This document shows positions 15,958 through 25,151 of a stretch of 27,028 nucleotides of DNA, piece by piece. The stretch covers positions 1 through 27,028 of IMG/VR virus record IMGVR_UViG_3300025675_000019; one strand, written 5' to 3'. The notes under the pieces were generated by a model. The model was given only the letters and a program-made list of their open reading frames with translations. It was not told the DNA's origin and ran no database searches. Numbering within the stretch: the first letter of the stretch is position 1; the number at the start of each line of letters is the position of its first letter. A program made the position numbers and the translations under genes. The stretch is from a virus. Its lineage: Duplodnaviria; Caudoviricetes.

Positions 15958-17555
15958 AGCGCCCGACCTCGCTCCCCCCGCTGATCGGCCCCTGGGGCAA
16001 GCGCATCTCGCGCTCGGAGCTCTCGCGGCCGCGCGACGCGCCCACCGTGTTCGGCATCCGCAACCCGGTGGGCGGCTTCCAGTCGAGCCGGCTCACGCCC
16101 GCGCGCTGCGCCGAGATCCTGCGCTCGGGAGCCGAGGGGCACTGGGAGGCCTTCATCGAGCTGGCCGAGGAGATGGAGGAGCGCGACCCGCACTACCAGG
16201 CGGTTCTCTCCGTCCGCAAGCGCCAGGTGGCGCAGCTGCCGATCACGGTCGAGGCGGCCTCCGACGAGCCGCATCACGAGGAGCACGCCGATTTCATCCG
16301 GCGCTGGCTCCGCCGCCGCGTGCTCCGCCTGGCGCTGTTCGACATCCTCGACGCCGTCGGCAAGGGCTTCTCCGTCCACGAGATCGAATGGCAGACCGAC
16401 CCTCGCTCGGGCATCTGGCCGAAGAAGCTCCGCTATGTGCCGCCGCGCTGGTTTCGGCCGGACATGCTCGACCGCGACACGCCCAAGCTGATGGGCGTCG
16501 CCGGCGAGGACGAGGAGCTGGCCGAGCACCTCTACCTGCTCCACAAGCACCCCTCAAAGAGCGGTCTCACGATCCGCTCCGGCATCGCCTTCATGGCGCT
16601 CTGGAGCTGGATGCTGAAGCGCTTTTCGGATGCCGACTGGGCGGCCTTCGTCGAGCGCTACGGCCTGCCCGTGCGCGTGGGCAAGTACGACCCGGCCTCC
16701 TCCGAGGAGGACCGGGATGTGCTCTGGCGGGCGGTCGCGGGGATCGCCGGCGACACGGCCGCCGTGATCCCCCAGTCGATGCAGATCGAGTTCATCACGG
16801 CGATGCAGGGCGGCTCGAGCCAGGAGCTGCACGAGAAGCGCGCCCGGTATCTCGACGAGCAGCTGTCCAAGCTCGTGCTCGGGCAGACCGCGACCACCGA
16901 CGCGATCGCCGGCGGGCACGCCGTCGGGCAAGAGCACCGCCTCGTCCAGGGCGACATCGAGCGCTCGGACGCGCTGCTCGTCTCGGCGACGGTCACGGGC
17001 AGCCTGGTGCCCTGGATGGTCTCCTTCAACTACGGCCCCCAGGACGAGTACCCGACCGTCTCGATCGGCCAGCCCGACGAGACCCCGCTGAAGGATTGGA
17101 TCGACGCGATCGACCGGATGGCGGGCAAGGGCCTGCGCGTCGCCCAGAACGCGATCCGCGACCGCCTCGGGCTCGAGGAGCCGGGCGACGACGAGGAGCT
17201 GCTCACCGCCGGCGCGCCGGCGGCGCCCTCTTCCGATCCCTTCGCGGGGCTCTTCGCGCGCTTCGACCACGCGGCCGAGCGCAGCCGCGTGGCGCTCATG
17301 TCCAAGGCCGAGCAGGATCTCGAGGCGGCCCTCGTCGCGCGCATGGCGAAGGAGGGCGGCCCGGCGATCGCGGCGCAGCTGGCGGAGATCCGCAAGGCCT
17401 TCGACCAGGCCGAGAGCCTGGAGGACCTGAAGAGCCGCCTCGACGCGCTGAAGCTCGACCCGAAGGCCTTCGCCGCGGCAATGACGGAGGGCGTTCTCGC
17501 CGCCAACCTCGCGGGGCGCGCGGCGCTGCTCGAGGAAGCCGGCGACAAGGAGTGA
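15954..17555 (+). CDS. Portal protein (Mu gp29, DUF935)
   Basis: EEMEERDPHY, DWAAFVERYGLPVRVGKY, SKLVLGQTATT; ATGA overlap. Confidence 0.93.
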   Translation: MKRPTSLPPLIGPWGKRISRSELSRPRDAPTVFGIRNPVGGFQSSRLTPARCAEILRSGAEGHWEAFIELAEEMEERDPHYQAVLSVRKRQVAQLPITVEAASDEPHHEEHADFIRRWLRRRVLRLALFDILDAVGKGFSVHEIEWQTDPRSGIWPKKLRYVPPRWFRPDMLDRDTPKLMGVAGEDEELAEHLYLLHKHPSKSGLTIRSGIAFMALWSWMLKRFSDADWAAFVERYGLPVRVGKYDPASSEEDRDVLWRAVAGIAGDTAAVIPQSMQIEFITAMQGGSSQELHEKRARYLDEQLSKLVLGQTATTDAIAGGHAVGQEHRLVQGDIERSDALLVSATVTGSLVPWMVSFNYGPQDEYPTVSIGQPDETPLKDWIDAIDRMAGKGLRVAQNAIRDRLGLEEPGDDEELLTAGAPAAPSSDPFAGLFARFDHAAERSRVALMSKAEQDLEAALVARMAKEGGPAIAAQLAEIRKAFDQAESLEDLKSRLDALKLDPKAFAAAMTEGVLAANLAGRAALLEEAGDKE

Positions 17556-17561
17556 CGCGCC

Positions 17562-18263
17562 GTGTTCGAGGGCATCATCAAGGCGCTCGCGCAGCCCTTC
17601 AAGGAAGCGATCGCGTTCTTCCGGGGCAAGGTGAACCTGCCCACGAAGCGCTGGCAGGACAACTACGGCAAGGCCAACGCGCGCGCCTTCAGCGTCGCCG
17701 GCGCCATGACGGACGCGCTCCTCTCCGACTTCCGGCGGGAGGTGACCCGCGCGCTCGAGGAGGGCATCTCCTTCGGGGAGTTCCAAGGCAAGTTCGACGA
17801 GATCGTCGCCAAGCACGGCTGGGAGCACACCGGCGAGCCCGGCTGGCGCGCGGAGCTGATCTACCGGACGAACCTCAACACCGCCTACGCGGCCGGCCGC
17901 TTTTCCCAGATGACGGAGCCGGAGACGCTCGCGGCGTTCCCCTACTGGGAGTACGTCCACTCCGGCAACCCGAATTTCCGCGAGGAGCACAAGGCCTGGG
18001 ACGGCCTGGTGCTGCGCGCCGACGATCCCTTCTGGGACACGCATTATCCGCCGAACGGCTGGAACTGCGGCTGCCGCGTGCGGCCGCTCACCAGCCGCCA
18101 GCTCGGGCGCCGCGGCAAAAGCGGTCCCGACCAGGCGCCCGAGCAGGAGCTGCGCGCCTGGACGGACAAGGCGACCGGGAAGACGCGCATGGTCCCCGTG
18201 GGCATCGACCCCGGCTTCGAGTACAACGCGGGCAAGGCCTGGCAGGAAGCCGATCGCCGATGA
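17562..18263 (+). CDS. Mu gpF-like minor head protein (short MuF)
   Basis: AFSVAGA, IYRTNLNTAYAAGR, YPPNGWNCGCRV, GIDPGFEYNAG. Confidence 0.9.
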   Translation: MFEGIIKALAQPFKEAIAFFRGKVNLPTKRWQDNYGKANARAFSVAGAMTDALLSDFRREVTRALEEGISFGEFQGKFDEIVAKHGWEHTGEPGWRAELIYRTNLNTAYAAGRFSQMTEPETLAAFPYWEYVHSGNPNFREEHKAWDGLVLRADDPFWDTHYPPNGWNCGCRVRPLTSRQLGRRGKSGPDQAPEQELRAWTDKATGKTRMVPVGIDPGFEYNAGKAWQEADRR

Positions 18264-18772
18264 GCGTGCGCATCGACGTCCGCATCAGCACGGGGCCGGC
18301 GGCAGACGCGCTGGGGCGGCTCGCCGACGCCTTCGAGGACGCCACCCCGATCATGCGCGCGATCGGCGTCGGCCTGCGCGAGAACGTGCACACGCGCTTC
18401 GAGCAGGAGAAGGGGCCGGACGGCCAGGCCTGGTCGCCGGTGCGGCGCGACTACGCGGCGGAGAAGCGCGGACCGGGCATCCTGCGGGAGGCGGGCATCC
18501 GCGGCGGCCTGATGGGCTCGATTACGTTCGAGGCCGATCGGCGCTCCGTCGAGGTCGGGACGAACAAGGTCTACGCGCGCATCCACCAGCTCGGCGGCAC
18601 CATCGTCCCGAAGACCGGCGACCGGCTGGTGTTCAACATCGGCGGCCGCACCGTCTTCGCCCGCTCGGTGACCATCCCGGCGCGCCCTTACCTCGGCATC
18701 GGCCCCGAGGACGAGGAGACGATCATGGACGTGATCGACGGCGCTCTCGACAGAGCGGCGGGGCGGACGTAG
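18260..18772 (+). CDS. Mu gpG-like virion morphogenesis protein
   Basis: RFEQEKGPDGQAW, VGTNKVYARIHQLGG, IPARPYLG. Confidence 0.9.
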   Translation: MSVRIDVRISTGPAADALGRLADAFEDATPIMRAIGVGLRENVHTRFEQEKGPDGQAWSPVRRDYAAEKRGPGILREAGIRGGLMGSITFEADRRSVEVGTNKVYARIHQLGGTIVPKTGDRLVFNIGGRTVFARSVTIPARPYLGIGPEDEETIMDVIDGALDRAAGRT

Positions 18773-18807
18773 CATCCAGCCCTACGCCCGAGGTTCGATC
18801 GCGCCCA

Positions 18808-18836
18808 TAAGAGGCGTAAGAGGCGGGTAAGAGGCG
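18808..18836 (+). repeat. Three direct repeats TAAGAGGCG in the G-I intergenic region
   Basis: Copies at 18808, 18817 and 18828. Confidence 0.85.
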
Positions 18837-18928
18837 GCTCGGCCGGCATCGCCGCCACCGCGGTCCGTGGAGCCAAGCTCGGCCGCCTGTGGGGCTCGCA
18901 CGTAAGGCGACTTCAACGGCCCATATCT

Positions 18929-18972
18929 CCGCACGCGCACCCCTGAACCGTCCCGGTTCGGGCGGCCATAGT
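18929..18972 (+). promoter_or_regulatory. Putative late promoter for head genes (PI-like)
   Basis: Same dyad/repeat as 11493-11522; CATAGT -10-like hexamer at 18967-18972. Confidence 0.72.
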
Positions 18973-18978
18973 CGCGTC

Positions 18979-20025
18979 ATGTTTCGCCGAGCCACCATTC
19001 ACAGCGCGCTGCCTGCCGGAGACGGGGTTCCCGAGTGGATCCACCTTCTCCCGGCCGGCCAGTTTCGCGGGGTCGACGGCCGCGGGCCCTACCGGCTCGC
19101 GGACGCGGCCGCCGTGATCGCGTCGTCGCTGCCGCTGAACGCGCTTCTTCCGATCGATCAGGATCACGCGACGGACCTCGCCGCGCCGAACGGCGGCCCG
19201 GCGCCGGCGCGCGGCTGGATCGTCGCGCTCGAGGCGCGCCAGGACGGCATCCACGCGAAGGTCGAATGGAACACGACCGGGCGCGCGCTCCTCGAGGGGC
19301 GCGAGTACCGGCACATCTCCCCGGTCTTCACCCACGACAAGGAGGGCCGGGTGCAGCGCATCCTGCGCGCCTCCCTGACTAACAACCCGAACCTCGCCGA
19401 GTTGGCGGCGCTGCACGCGGAGCAGGACATGGATCTCAAGAAGGCGATCGCCGCGGCCCTGGGGCTTCCCGAGGACGCGAGCGACGAGGACGTGATCGCG
19501 GCCGTGAAGGCCGCGGCGGCGGCCAAGGCGGACGCGCCCGCGACCATGGCGAAGATCGCCAAGGCCGCCGGGCTCCCCGAGGACGTCTCGGCCGACGCGC
19601 TGGCGACGGCGCTCGCGGCGCAGAAGGCCGCCAAGGAAGCGGCGACGGACAAGCCGGGCGACACCGTCGCCCTGCAGAGCCAGGTGAACGAGCTCAAGGC
19701 TGAGCTGCTCTCGATCAAGGGCAACAAGGCCCGCGAGGACGCCGAGCGCACGGTGGAAGAGGCCATCAAGGCCGGCAAGCCGATCCTCGCCCACCGCGCG
19801 GACTGGGTCGAGCTGTTCATGAAGGCGCCGGAGACGGCCGCGAAGTCGCTCGCCGGGCTCCCGGCGATCGGCGACGGCGGTCGCGTCAAGGACCCGGGCA
19901 AGGGCGGCGGCAGCGCGGGGGCGCTCGACGCCGACCAGCTGGCGCTGTGCGCCCAGCTCGGCATCACCCCCGAGGAGTTCACGGCGCAGGAGAAGAAGGT
20001 CCTCGCCAAGCAGGAGGGCCGCTGA
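18979..20025 (+). CDS. Mu gpI-like head protease/scaffold
   Basis: PEWIHLLPAG, PIDQDH, APARGWI, EYRHISPVF, ASLTNNPNL; start at ATG 18979 inferred. Confidence 0.9.
   Translation: MFRRATIHSALPAGDGVPEWIHLLPAGQFRGVDGRGPYRLADAAAVIASSLPLNALLPIDQDHATDLAAPNGGPAPARGWIVALEARQDGIHAKVEWNTTGRALLEGREYRHISPVFTHDKEGRVQRILRASLTNNPNLAELAALHAEQDMDLKKAIAAALGLPEDASDEDVIAAVKAAAAAKADAPATMAKIAKAAGLPEDVSADALATALAAQKAAKEAATDKPGDTVALQSQVNELKAELLSIKGNKAREDAERTVEEAIKAGKPILAHRADWVELFMKAPETAAKSLAGLPAIGDGGRVKDPGKGGGSAGALDADQLALCAQLGITPEEFTAQEKKVLAKQEGR
19429..20025 (+). CDS. Probable internally initiated scaffold (gpZ-like)
   Basis: In-frame ATG after GGAGCAGGA, just past the protease domain (MDLKKAIAAALGL); Mu I/Z precedent. 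Confidence 0.55.
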   Translation: MDLKKAIAAALGLPEDASDEDVIAAVKAAAAAKADAPATMAKIAKAAGLPEDVSADALATALAAQKAAKEAATDKPGDTVALQSQVNELKAELLSIKGNKAREDAERTVEEAIKAGKPILAHRADWVELFMKAPETAAKSLAGLPAIGDGGRVKDPGKGGGSAGALDADQLALCAQLGITPEEFTAQEKKVLAKQEGR

Positions 20026-20026
20026 C

Positions 20027-20434
20027 ATGGCCGCGTTGACCCAGGGCCGCAACACGCCGCGCAAGGATGGCGGTCTCTTCTCCGACCCGGTCGCGGCGGA
20101 CACGCTCATCTACGAGGGCGCGCTCGTCTGCCTCGACGCTTCGGGCAACGCCGTTCCCGGCGCGACCGCGACCACGCTCACCGGCCGCGGCGTCGCGATC
20201 CGGCGCGCCGACAACACCGGGGGCGCCGCCGGCGCGATCCGGGTGGACGTCGACGCGACCTGCGCCCGCTTCGCCAACTCGGGCGGCGCGGACGAGATCA
20301 CCCGCGCCGAGATCGGCGACGTCGCCTACGTCGTCGACGACCAGACGGTCGCGAAGACGAACGGGACGAGCACCCGCTCGGCCGCCGGCACCATCATCGA
20401 CGTGGACGCCCAGGGCGTCTGGATCCGCTTCTGA
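20027..20434 (+). CDS. Head decoration/cement-like protein
   Basis: PVAADTLIYEGALV...YVVDDQTV...RSAAGTIIDVDAQGVWI; lies between protease and capsid. Confidence 0.75.
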   Translation: MAALTQGRNTPRKDGGLFSDPVAADTLIYEGALVCLDASGNAVPGATATTLTGRGVAIRRADNTGGAAGAIRVDVDATCARFANSGGADEITRAEIGDVAYVVDDQTVAKTNGTSTRSAAGTIIDVDAQGVWIRF

Positions 20435-20488
20435 CGTCTTCGCCGGGCTGATCCGGACGACGTCGACCCGTGAACGAGGAGAGCTTCC

Positions 20489-21382
20489 GTGCTCGTCAAC
20501 GCCGCAAACCTGAGGAACCTCTACGTCGGTTTCTCGAAGAAGTTCGAGGACGGGCTCGGCCAGGCTCCGTCCGAATGGAAACAGGTCGCCACCGAGGTTC
20601 CCTCGACGACGGCCTCCAACGAGTACGGCTGGCTCGGCAGCTTCCCCGGGATGCGCGAGTGGCTCGGAGACCGCGTCGTTCATGGCGTCGGCGTCCATGG
20701 CTACACGCTCGTCAACCAGGACTGGGAGATGACCGTCGGCGTTCAGCGGAACCACATCCGCGACGACAACCTCGGCATCTACGACCCGATGTTCCGGGAG
20801 ATGGGGAGCGCGGCGGGCCGGAGCTACGACACGCTGGTCTACCAGGCGCTGAAGGAGGGCTTCAGCCGGAAGTGCTACGACGGCCAGAGCTTCTTCGACA
20901 CCGATCACCCGGTGCTCGACGAGAACGGCGTCGAGACGTCCGTCTCGAATTCGGGCGGCGGCTCGGGCACGCCGTGGTTCCTGATCGACGACACCCGCGC
21001 GCTCAAGCCGCTCATCCTCCAGATCCGCGAGCGGCTGGAGATGGTGGCGAAGGATCGGGTCGACGACGACAACGTCTTCAACAAGAAGCAGTTCGTCTAC
21101 GGGATCGATGGCCGGCACACCGTCGGCTACGGCTTCTGGCAGATGGCCTACGGGTCGAAGCAGACCCTCAATACCGCCAATTTCGCGGCGGCGTTCGCGG
21201 CGCTCGAGGGGCTGAAGGGCGACTATGGCCGCCCGCTCGGCCTCAAGCCGACGCTCCTGGTGGTGCCGCCGTCGCTGCGCGCCGCGGCGCAGCTGATCGT
21301 CAACACCCAGAACGACGCCGCCGGCGCCTCGAACCCCTGGTACCAGACCGCGAAGCTCCTCGTCTCGCCCTGGCTCGCCTGA
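20489..21382 (+). CDS. Major head protein (Mu gpT-like)
   Basis: YGWLGSFPGMREWLGDR, CYDGQSFFDTDHPV, GYGFWQMAYGS, LLVVPPSL. Confidence 0.95.
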   Translation: MLVNAANLRNLYVGFSKKFEDGLGQAPSEWKQVATEVPSTTASNEYGWLGSFPGMREWLGDRVVHGVGVHGYTLVNQDWEMTVGVQRNHIRDDNLGIYDPMFREMGSAAGRSYDTLVYQALKEGFSRKCYDGQSFFDTDHPVLDENGVETSVSNSGGGSGTPWFLIDDTRALKPLILQIRERLEMVAKDRVDDDNVFNKKQFVYGIDGRHTVGYGFWQMAYGSKQTLNTANFAAAFAALEGLKGDYGRPLGLKPTLLVVPPSLRAAAQLIVNTQNDAAGASNPWYQTAKLLVSPWLA

Positions 21383-21410
21383 GCCTGGGGGGCGATCTCG
21401 CCAGAAAACG

Positions 21411-21433
21411 CCCGCCGGCCTCGCGCCGGCGGG
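21411..21433 (+). terminator. GC-rich hairpin after capsid gene (possible terminator/stabiliser)
   Basis: CCCGCCGGC-CTCGC-GCCGGCGGG, 9-bp stem; no clear U tract. Confidence 0.4.
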
Positions 21434-21494
21434 TCTCCCGAAAGCGCCCGCCGAGGCCCTTCCGAGAGACCCGTATGGGACCCGAGAGGACATC

Positions 21495-21977
21495 ATGGAC
21501 GACCTCACGATCATCGACGGCATCGGCCCCGCGACGAGCAAGGCGCTCGAGCAGGCGGGCATCGCGACGATGGCCGCTCTGGCCGCCGTCGACCCCGCCG
21601 CGCCGCCCGTCGAGATCCCGCGCGCCGACTGGGCTGCGTGGATCGCCGAGGCGCGCAAGCGTGTCGCGGAGGCGGATGCATCGAATACCCCGGAGGGGCG
21701 GTCTGGTACGGCTCGCGAGGCCCCCAGCACCGGCAGCGGGACCGCGGCGGAGACGCCGACGGTAGGGCCTCAGGCCGCCGCCCCGAAGCTTCCCGAGGAG
21801 CCCGCCGATCAAGCGATGGGCGTCCTCGTCGTGCGCGGTCCCCAGGCGGGCCGCCGCCGCGCCGGCCGGCGCTTCGGCCCGGAGCCCGTGCGCATCCCCG
21901 TCGCGGATCTCACCGCGGACCAGGTCGCGGCGATCGAGGGCGACGCCGCCCTCGTCGTGGCCCGCGAGGAGGCCTGA
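21495..21977 (+). CDS. HhH-domain + HI1506/Mu gp35-like protein
   Basis: N-terminal DDLTIIDGIGPATSKALEQAGI; C-terminal GRRRAGRRFGPEP...LTADQVAAIEGDAALVV. Confidence 0.7.
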   Translation: MDDLTIIDGIGPATSKALEQAGIATMAALAAVDPAAPPVEIPRADWAAWIAEARKRVAEADASNTPEGRSGTAREAPSTGSGTAAETPTVGPQAAAPKLPEEPADQAMGVLVVRGPQAGRRRAGRRFGPEPVRIPVADLTADQVAAIEGDAALVVAREEA

Positions 21978-21980
21978 TCC

Positions 21981-22406
21981 GTGTACGCCACACTCGACGA
22001 CCTGCGGGCGCGCTACGGCGACGACGAGCTGAGGCAGATCTCGGATCTGGACGGCGCGGCGGACGCGATCGACGCCGGCCGCGTCGAGCAGGCGATCGCG
22101 GTCGCGACGGACCAGGTCGGCAGCTACCTGCGCAAGCGCTACGCCCTCCCGCTCACGACCGTGCCCGTCTCGATCGTCGAGGCGACGTGCATCATCGCGC
22201 GCCACTGGCTCGCCACCTCCGGCCGCTCCATGCCCACCGAGCAGATGAACCGCGAGCGGGACGCCCAGCTGCGCTGGCTGCGCGACCTGGCGTCCGGCCT
22301 CGTCACGCTCGAGGGCGCGGCCGAGGTCAAGGCCTCGCCCGGCGCGAGCGCCCGCGTCTCCGATCGCGAGCGCCGCTTCGAGCCCGGCTCGGGGAGGCTC
22401 TGGTGA
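21981..22406 (+). CDS. Mu gp36-like head-tail connector (DUF1320)
   Basis: YATLDDLRARYGDDELRQI...YLRKRYALPL...CIIARHWL. Confidence 0.88.
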   Translation: MYATLDDLRARYGDDELRQISDLDGAADAIDAGRVEQAIAVATDQVGSYLRKRYALPLTTVPVSIVEATCIIARHWLATSGRSMPTEQMNRERDAQLRWLRDLASGLVTLEGAAEVKASPGASARVSDRERRFEPGSGRLW

Positions 22407-22981
22407 GCGTCGTCGATCCGATCACGGCCGTCCTCGACGCCGTCAAGGCCCGCGTGATCGAGGCGCTCGGCTCGCCCTGGCAGGCGACCGAAACCATGCT
22501 GCCGGTGTCCGCGAGGGCGTTCGAGGAGATGGTCCGCCGCCCGCCGCACGCCCTCGTCGGCTGGACCGACTGGCGCGGCGGGGGCGCTACGCGCGAGTAC
22601 TCGGCGCCGATCAAGCTCCAGGTCGTCCTGGTCGACAAGGAAATGGACGTCGCCAAGGCGGCGCGCTCGCTCAACGCCTCGCTCTGCCGCGCGGCCGTGG
22701 CGCTGCGCCGCCACGAGGTCCGCGCCGTCCTCGCCAGCGGCGTCGACCCGACGCCGATCGGCACGCTTCAGCTCGACGGGCTCGCGCCCGCCTTCGCCGA
22801 GAACCTCCGGGCCGAGGGCTACGTCATGGCCGCCCTCGACCTCTCCATGCGCCTCACCCTCGACGACTGGCTCGGCGAGGGTGCGGCGCTCCCCGACTTC
22901 GAGAACCTCGCCGTCGCCTACGATCTCCCCGGCACGCCGGACGCGGGCGCCGACGTCATCACCGTGCAGGAGGGCAGCTGA
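22403..22981 (+). CDS. Probable Mu gp37-like tail completion protein
   Basis: GGGGAGG SD, GTGA overlap; position between gp36 and gp38. Confidence 0.65.
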   Translation: MSVVDPITAVLDAVKARVIEALGSPWQATETMLPVSARAFEEMVRRPPHALVGWTDWRGGGATREYSAPIKLQVVLVDKEMDVAKAARSLNASLCRAAVALRRHEVRAVLASGVDPTPIGTLQLDGLAPAFAENLRAEGYVMAALDLSMRLTLDDWLGEGAALPDFENLAVAYDLPGTPDAGADVITVQEGS

Positions 22982-23184
22982 TGTCCGACACCGCGTTCGT
23001 CGTCCCCGCCAAGGGCCGCAGGGTCCCGCTCGAGGACGGCACGGGGCACTTCCCGGCCGAGGGCCGCGAGACGCCCGTCACCCGCTACGTCCGCCGCCGG
23101 CTCGCCGACGGGGACCTCGTCAAGTCCAAGCCGCCGGCGGCCGCGAAGGCCGAGGGCGAGGGCGGCCGCAAGGCCAAGAGCTGA
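22981..23184 (+). CDS. DUF2635 / Mu gp38-like protein
   Basis: FVVPAKGRRVP...FPAEG...YVRRRLADGDLV. Confidence 0.85.
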   Translation: MSDTAFVVPAKGRRVPLEDGTGHFPAEGRETPVTRYVRRRLADGDLVKSKPPAAAKAEGEGGRKAKS

Positions 23185-23201
23185 ACGGCAGGAGCTGATC
23201 C

Positions 23202-24719
23202 ATGAACATCGTCGCCTTCGACGAGATCCCCTACGACTGGCGCGACCCCGGCACGCTCGTCGAGATCCGGCCGACCTATGTCGACATGGGCCTGCTCGAG
23301 TTCCCGGCGCGCGGGCTCATCATCGCCCAGAAGCTCGCCGCCGGCTCCGCGACGCCGCTCCAGCCCTATCGCATCACCCGCGAGACGGACGGCTCGGGGC
23401 TGTGCGGCGCGGGCTCGATCGGCGACGCCATGGTGCGCGCCGCCCGCGGCGCGAACCGCACGTCGGACCTGTGGCTGATCGCCGTCGAGGATCTCGCCGG
23501 CGGCGCCGCCGCGACCGGCAAGCTCGCGATCGCAGGCACCGGCACGGGCGAGCTCAACGTCTACATCGGCGGCCGGCGCGCCCGGATCGTGGCGACGGCC
23601 GCCATGGACGCGGCGGCGATCGCCGCCGCCCTCGTCGCCGCGATCAACGCGGATCAGCGCATGCCCGTGTCGGCCGCGCAGGGCATCGACCCGGCTGACA
23701 ACGAGGTGCTGCTTACCGCCAAGCACAAGGGCGAGACTGGCAACGCGATCGACGTTCGCCTGCGGCGCTTCGCGACGGACCGCGTGCCGACGGGCCTCAC
23801 CGTGACCATCACGGCCATGGCGAGCGGCGCCGGCAATCCGGACATCGCCGACGTGATCGACGCGATCACCGGCGAGTGGTTCACCGAGATCGCCACGCCC
23901 TGGACGGACAGCGCGAACCTGGCCGCGCTCGCCGAGGAGCTGCGCACGCGCTACCTCGCGACCTCGACGCTGGACGGCCACGCCTATGCCGGCGCCCGCG
24001 GCACGCTCGGCGAGCTGTCCACGCTCGGCGACGTGACCAACTCGCCGCACCTCACCGTGATCGGCGCGAAGGCCTCGCCGACGCCGCCCTGGGAGTGGGC
24101 GGCCGCGCTGATGGGCGTCGCGCTGTTCCACCTCACGAACGACCCCGCGCGGCAGCTGCGCACGCTGCTCCTGCCCGAGGTGCTCGCGCCGGCGCCGGAG
24201 GACCGCTTCACGGACCTCGAGCGCGACCTGCTCCTCCGCGACGGGATCTCGACCTTCACCGCGATGGCCGACGGCGGGGTCGTGCTCGGGCGCGTGATCT
24301 CGACCTACAAGGTGTCGGCGCTGAACGTGCCGGACGACGCCTGGCTCGACGTCATGGTCCCGCACGTGCTCACGCGCATCCGCTGGGACTGGGCGGGCTA
24401 CGTGTCGCTGCTCTATCCCCGCAGCAAGCTCGCACCGGACAACTCGGCGGCCGCCTCGTCTCCGCCGGTCGTCAGCCCCGACGGCAAGAACAAAAAGCGC
24501 AAGCCGGCGGTCGTGACGCCGAACCGGATGAAAGCGAGCTGGGCAGGGCGCTGCAAGCTGTACGAGGAGAACGCTTGGCTCGTGAACATCGAGGACACGA
24601 TCGCGCGCTCCCAGTTCGCGATCGACGCGAGCGACAAGAACCGCATGAACGCGCGCCAGGAGGTGGACATCATCGGGAACCTGATGGTGCTCGCCGCCGC
24701 GCTGGAATTCAGGGTCTGA
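23202..24719 (+). CDS. Tail sheath protein (Mu gpL-like)
   Basis: FDEIPYDWRDPG, TAKHKGETGN, DPARQLRTL, LLLRDGIST, YPRSKLA. Confidence 0.93.
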   Translation: MNIVAFDEIPYDWRDPGTLVEIRPTYVDMGLLEFPARGLIIAQKLAAGSATPLQPYRITRETDGSGLCGAGSIGDAMVRAARGANRTSDLWLIAVEDLAGGAAATGKLAIAGTGTGELNVYIGGRRARIVATAAMDAAAIAAALVAAINADQRMPVSAAQGIDPADNEVLLTAKHKGETGNAIDVRLRRFATDRVPTGLTVTITAMASGAGNPDIADVIDAITGEWFTEIATPWTDSANLAALAEELRTRYLATSTLDGHAYAGARGTLGELSTLGDVTNSPHLTVIGAKASPTPPWEWAAALMGVALFHLTNDPARQLRTLLLPEVLAPAPEDRFTDLERDLLLRDGISTFTAMADGGVVLGRVISTYKVSALNVPDDAWLDVMVPHVLTRIRWDWAGYVSLLYPRSKLAPDNSAAASSPPVVSPDGKNKKRKPAVVTPNRMKASWAGRCKLYEENAWLVNIEDTIARSQFAIDASDKNRMNARQEVDIIGNLMVLAAALEFRV

Positions 24720-24757
24720 GGCCGGGCTCTTCCGGACCTCTGAGAGGAGGATGAGGC

Positions 24758-25126
24758 ATGTCTCAGACGCTGGGCGTCATGAAGATCGTGTGGCAGGGCG
24801 TCGAGTACGACGTCGAGAGCGGCTCGACCTATCAGCGGCCGGGCTTCGACCAGAAGCCCGTCACCACGAACTCCCGCAAGGGGCACTACGCGCAGGAGCC
24901 CGTCCAGGGCCAGTGCGCGGCGACGGTGCCGCTGATGCGCGGGCAGCGGTTCAGCGAGCTGACGGCGGACGGCCCGGGCGAGCTGCAGGTGCACTGCGAC
25001 ACCGGGCAGATCTTCGTCCACCCGGACGCCTACCGCATGGGGCCTCCGCCCCAGGCGACCGGCGGCGACGGCGGCAAGATCCCGATGCAGTGGGGCTTCG
25101 GCGAGGGCGAGGAGCTGGAGGCGTAA
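24758..25126 (+). CDS. Tail tube protein (Mu gpM-like)
   Basis: 122 aa directly after sheath; GAGGAGG SD; LQVHCDTGQ motif. Confidence 0.75.
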   Translation: MSQTLGVMKIVWQGVEYDVESGSTYQRPGFDQKPVTTNSRKGHYAQEPVQGQCAATVPLMRGQRFSELTADGPGELQVHCDTGQIFVHPDAYRMGPPPQATGGDGGKIPMQWGFGEGEELEA

Positions 25127-25151
25127 CGCCCCGGCCGGATGAGGTGAGACC

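Noticed and set aside
17562-18263. Possible MuF polymorphic toxin
   Set aside because: Protein ends right after the MuF domain; no toxin extension or immunity gene
18808-18836. CRISPR-like or satellite array
   Set aside because: Only three 9-bp units with 0-2 nt spacers; no cas genes
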